This document shows positions 24,388 to 27,985 of a stretch of DNA of 27,985 bases, in pieces (within the stretch, counting starts at the first letter, position 1; each line of letters begins with the position of its first letter). Made by a program: the position numbers and the translations under genes. A model generated the notes under the pieces. The model searched no databases. It saw only the letters and a program-made list of their open reading frames with translations, and had not been told where the DNA came from. The stretch covers positions 1 through 27,985 of the forward strand of contig JBKHBH010000023.1 in NCBI GenBank assembly GCA_046542505.1, read 5' to 3'. The stretch is from Thermovirgaceae bacterium (GTDB taxonomy: Bacteria; Synergistota; Synergistia; Synergistales; Thermovirgaceae).

Positions 24388-26981
24388 TCTTTCAGGGCCT
24401 CCTTCGCCCGTCGCCTGAGAGCATAGAGGAATTCCAGCGCCCCCAGTGGCGTCATGCTGTCGGGATCCGCCGAGGCAAGTTCCCTCAGGATGTCCTCGCC
24501 ACCGGGCCGAAAAAGCTGGAGCTGTCCATCCTTTTTGTTGTCCTTTCCGGCACCCCCCCCAAGGATGTCTCCATCCCGGTTGCCGGTTATTGCGCCTTCT
24601 TCCTCAAATCTCCTGAGCAGTTTTTGGGATCTGCTGACCACTGCCTCCGGAACACCTGCAAGCCTGGCGACTTCTATCCCGTAGGACCGGTCGGCGGGAG
24701 CTTCCTGGAGCCTGTAGAGAAAGAGGACTCCCTTGTCCGTCTCCTCCACGGCAAAGCTCAGGTTGAACACGCCTGTCATTCTGTCCGCCAGGGCTGAAAG
24801 TTCATGATAGTGCGTCGCGAAAAGCACTTTAGTCATGCCGTCGGCGGCCGTATGGAGGTACTCCATGACCGCCCAGGCGATGCTCACGCCGTCATAGGTG
24901 GACGTACCCCGGCCGATTTCGTCGAGAATGACCAGGCTTCTCGGTGTCACATTGTGCAGAATGTTCGCCGTCTCGACCATTTCGACCATGAAGGTGCTCT
25001 TGCCTTTCGAAAGCTCGTCCCTGGCGCCGATCCTCGAAAAGATCCTGTCCACCGTCCCGAGCCTGGCCTCCGAGGCGGGGACGAATGAACCCGCCTGGGC
25101 CATGACCACCAGCAGGGCCGCCGACCTCAGGTAGGTTGATTTTCCGGCCATGTTCGGCCCAGTTACGACGGCCATCCGCGCCCCTTCGGAATCTAGAAGG
25201 ATGTCATTGGGCGTATAGGGGGAATCGTCGAGCATGACCTCCACCACCGGGTGCCTCGCGTCTTTCAGGTCAAGGGCAAAGCTCCTGTCCACTCCTGGAC
25301 GCCTGTACCCGCGCTGGAGGGCGACGGCCGCAAAGGACGCCAGGACATCAAGTGCCGCAAGGGAAGCGCCCATATCCTGGATGCGCGCCGTCTCTTCTGT
25401 AACTTTTTGGCAGAGCGACAGGTAGAGCTCTTCTTCCCTGCTTTTGATCTCCTCGTCGTTGGAAAGCATCTTTTCCTCGAATTCCTTCAGTTCGCCTGTG
25501 ATATAGCGTTCGGCGCCTACCAGCGTCTGTTTCCTGTGATATCGTTCCGGAACCTGCTCCAGGTTCGAGCGGCTGACTTCAAGGTAATAGCCGAAGACCT
25601 TGTTGTATCCGACCTTCAGGTTGCGGATTCCCGTTTCGGCCCGTTCCCGGTCGATCATTTCCTGAAGCAGTTCTTCCGACCGGCTGCGCCAGTTTCTCAG
25701 CTCGTCAAGTTTCCCGTCGTACCCCTGGCGGATGACACGGCCTTCCCTGAGAGTCCGCGGCAATTCGTCGGCGAGCCCTTCCTGCAGTTCCGTCCTGAGT
25801 GCTTGCGGATCTTTCACCTCTTTATACGGTTCCGGCAGGGGTGTCTCTTCAAGGGCTTCGCGTACGCCCGGAACAGCCGCCAAAGTATCACGGATGACGC
25901 CGAGATCCCTCGGCGCCGCCAGGCGCATCCCCATCCGGGCCACCGCCCGCTCCACGTCACCACAAAAAGAAAGGGCCCTTCTCAGTGCACGAAGCACGTC
26001 GGGGCGTTCGGCCAGAACCTCGACCGCCAGGTGCCTTTCGGATATTTCCTCAGTGTCGAGCAGCGGGTGCAGAAGCCATTGCCGCAGAAGCCGCTTTCCC
26101 ATGGCCGTCCGGCATTCGTCCAGGACATCGCACAAAGCCATGTTGTCGCTTTCGGTGATTTCAAGGTTAAGCTGTGTCGCCCGGTCCATATAAAGGTGCC
26201 GCCCAGACCTCAGGGGGAAAATCCTCCGAACGTGTCCCACGGCGCCGAACTGTGTCTGGCTGAGGTAGTCATAGACCACCCAGGCGCTCCCGCATTCGGG
26301 AGCCCCCTCATCAAACCCGAATCCCTCCAGTGTGGCTACCTTCCAGGCTCCACATAGCCTGCGGGAAGCCTCGGAGGCGACAAAGGCATCGGGATCGGCT
26401 TCCACTAAAGACGCATCACAGACTTGCTTCAGCAGTTCCCTCTCCTGGTGGGACATGTTGCGTGGGATGAGAAGCTCCAGCGGCTTGAAGGCGGCAATTT
26501 CGGCAAGAGCCTGTTCCCTGGGCATTGAGCCCGCCTCGATTCGCCCCGTCCCTGTCCTGAGGAGGGCGATGGAGGCCACATCGCCGGAAAAGGCCGCCGC
26601 GGCAAGTCGTCCTTCCTGGGGAGAGTCCGAGGGGACGAAGGTTCCGGGGGTGATCACCCTGATGACTTCACGGTCAACAAGATTTCTCCCGTCAGGTTCG
26701 GTGACCTGTTCACAGATTGCCACCTTGTGTCCCGCCTGCACCAGTCTCGCGATGTAGTTTTCCGCGGAATGCCAGGGGACACCGGCCATCGGGATCTCCC
26801 GGTTGGGATCCCTGGATGTCAGGGCGATGTCGAGAATGGGTGCCGCCTTTTCTGCGTCGTCGAAAAAAAGTTCGTAGAAATCCCCCATTCTGAAAAAGAG
26901 GAGACAATCTGAATAGGCCTTTTTCCATTTTGAGTACTGCCTGAGCATGGGGGTTTCCTTCACACCCCTGGTGATGCTCAT
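24384..26981 (-). CDS. mutS: DNA mismatch repair protein MutS1
   Basis: TPMLRQY, FRMGDFYELF, GPNMAGKSTY, STFMVEM, DEIGRGTST, ATHYHEL, SYGIEVA and clamp-binding QLQLF. Confidence 0.97.
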   Translation of the reverse strand: MSITRGVKETPMLRQYSKWKKAYSDCLLFFRMGDFYELFFDDAEKAAPILDIALTSRDPNREIPMAGVPWHSAENYIARLVQAGHKVAICEQVTEPDGRNLVDREVIRVITPGTFVPSDSPQEGRLAAAAFSGDVASIALLRTGTGRIEAGSMPREQALAEIAAFKPLELLIPRNMSHQERELLKQVCDASLVEADPDAFVASEASRRLCGAWKVATLEGFGFDEGAPECGSAWVVYDYLSQTQFGAVGHVRRIFPLRSGRHLYMDRATQLNLEITESDNMALCDVLDECRTAMGKRLLRQWLLHPLLDTEEISERHLAVEVLAERPDVLRALRRALSFCGDVERAVARMGMRLAAPRDLGVIRDTLAAVPGVREALEETPLPEPYKEVKDPQALRTELQEGLADELPRTLREGRVIRQGYDGKLDELRNWRSRSEELLQEMIDRERAETGIRNLKVGYNKVFGYYLEVSRSNLEQVPERYHRKQTLVGAERYITGELKEFEEKMLSNDEEIKSREEELYLSLCQKVTEETARIQDMGASLAALDVLASFAAVALQRGYRRPGVDRSFALDLKDARHPVVEVMLDDSPYTPNDILLDSEGARMAVVTGPNMAGKSTYLRSAALLVVMAQAGSFVPASEARLGTVDRIFSRIGARDELSKGKSTFMVEMVETANILHNVTPRSLVILDEIGRGTSTYDGVSIAWAVMEYLHTAADGMTKVLFATHYHELSALADRMTGVFNLSFAVEETDKGVLFLYRLQEAPADRSYGIEVARLAGVPEAVVSRSQKLLRRFEEEGAITGNRDGDILGGGAGKDNKKDGQLQLFRPGGEDILRELASADPDSMTPLGALEFLYALRRRAKEALKE

Positions 26982-27406
26982 TCGGGGGATCCCTCCCTTC
27001 GCAGGAAATCAAGATAATCCTGGAGCAGGATCGACGCCGCCACCATGTCGATACGGCTTTTTCTCCCTTTTCTGCTGACATCGCCTTCGAGAAGGGCTTG
27101 CTCTGCTCTGACTGTGGTGAAGCGCTCGTCCCATTCCACAACTTCGATGTCCCCGTACCTTTCGGCCAGGGCGTTTCTGACGGCTGCGACTTTTTGAGCC
27201 TCGGGGCCCGTCGACCCGTCGGTCCGCAAGGGCATGCCCAGGACGATAACGGCAACCCGGTATTTTTTCACGAGACCGTCCAGGACCTTCAGCCAGTCAT
27301 TCGTGGCATTCAAAACAGCGACCCCCTGCGCGAAGGAACCCAGGGGGTCACTGACAGCCACGCCGATGCGTCTTGTTCCGATATCGAGGCCGAGATGGCG
27401 TTTCAT
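26978..27406 (-). CDS. ruvX: YqgF/RuvX family nuclease (putative pre-16S rRNA nuclease / Holliday junction resolvase)
   Basis: LGLDIGTRRIGVAVSD, LGMP, DERFTT and IDMVAASILLQ; usual position downstream of alaS. Confidence 0.93.
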   Translation of the reverse strand: MKRHLGLDIGTRRIGVAVSDPLGSFAQGVAVLNATNDWLKVLDGLVKKYRVAVIVLGMPLRTDGSTGPEAQKVAAVRNALAERYGDIEVVEWDERFTTVRAEQALLEGDVSRKGRKSRIDMVAASILLQDYLDFLRREGSPE

Positions 27407-27985
27407 TTTCCGATCTGCTCACCGACAAATTCAGGAACCTTCTTCATGGCATCTTCAAGGCCATCAGGGTTCTTTGCTCCCGCGGAGGCGATATCCGGCC
27501 TCCCACCGCCTCCTCCGCCCAGGGCCTTCGCCGCCGATGCGGCGAGTTTCCCGGCATGGACTCCCGCTTCAATGGCAGGCTTGTCCGCCATAACCGTGAA
27601 GGTGACATTGCTTTCCGATACCGACGCCAGACAGGTGACGACGGGGCTCTTTTTCTGGCGGATGTGATCACCCACCTGTCTGAGGATATCCTGAGCCATC
27701 CCTTCAAAAATGCCGGTAACCACAAAGACCCCCCCTACGGAGACGCCCTCTTTCAACAGCATGTCGGCTTTTCCCAGGGCCGCAACGAGTGCAAGCCCTT
27801 CGGCCTGTTCTTTGAGGGCTTTTCTTTCATCCAAAAGCGAAGCGAACCTTTCCTCGAGCTCCGTTTCGGCGGCCCCCGCCTTTTCAGCCAGGCGTGCGAT
27901 GAGTCTTGACTGTTCCTGGAACAGCTCGTGGGCTTTCTCATGGGCAACGGCGGTGATACGACGCAGGCCGGACCCAATGCCTTCT
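27403..27985 (-). CDS. alaS: Alanine--tRNA ligase, 3' part (C-Ala/DHHA1 domain)
   Basis: Frame is open to the right edge: EGIGSGLRRITAVA...HAGKL...LGGGGGGRPDIASAG. Confidence 0.93.
   Translation of the reverse strand, partial: EGIGSGLRRITAVAHEKAHELFQEQSRLIARLAEKAGAAETELEERFASLLDERKALKEQAEGLALVAALGKADMLLKEGVSVGGVFVVTGIFEGMAQDILRQVGDHIRQKKSPVVTCLASVSESNVTFTVMADKPAIEAGVHAGKLAASAAKALGGGGGGRPDIASAGAKNPDGLEDAMKKVPEFVGEQIGK

Noticed and set aside
1..27985. Selenoprotein genes with in-frame UGA
   Set aside because: All recognised proteins look complete at their TGA stops, and the checked Cys motifs (ferredoxin, IspH, CysS, UvrC) are ordinary Cys codons.

Overview
A gene-dense core-chromosome segment of a moderately GC-rich anaerobic bacterium. 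A five-domain ribosomal protein S1, a branched-chain-type 2-oxoacid:ferredoxin oxidoreductase and a tRNA-Sec fit Synergistota, but this is inference. The right 17.5 kb is one tightly packed minus-strand run with many ATGA/GTGA stop-start overlaps: alaS(3' part)-ruvX-mutS-mutL-miaA-ispH-rpsA-def-fmt-P-loop ATPase-four oxidoreductase subunits-nudF-xerD-punA-pdp-selC (tRNA-Sec). Further downstream on the minus strand lie an MppR/Sbi00515-like acetoacetate-decarboxylase-superfamily gene and a BMP-family nucleoside/purine ABC importer. The importer converges on cysS-gpt (plus strand), which is divergent from uvrC-ribD (ribD is absent from the ORF track and runs off the left edge). I found no mobile element, CRISPR array or defence system, and no clearly new multi-gene system. 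The best leads are the orphan Schiff-base enzyme inside a nucleoside-salvage neighbourhood, the uncharacterised ATPase ahead of the oxidoreductase, tRNA-Sec at the tail of a housekeeping super-operon, an acidic tandem repeat with SD-preceded in-frame ATGs in rpsA, and an internally shortened UvrC coupled to ribD.
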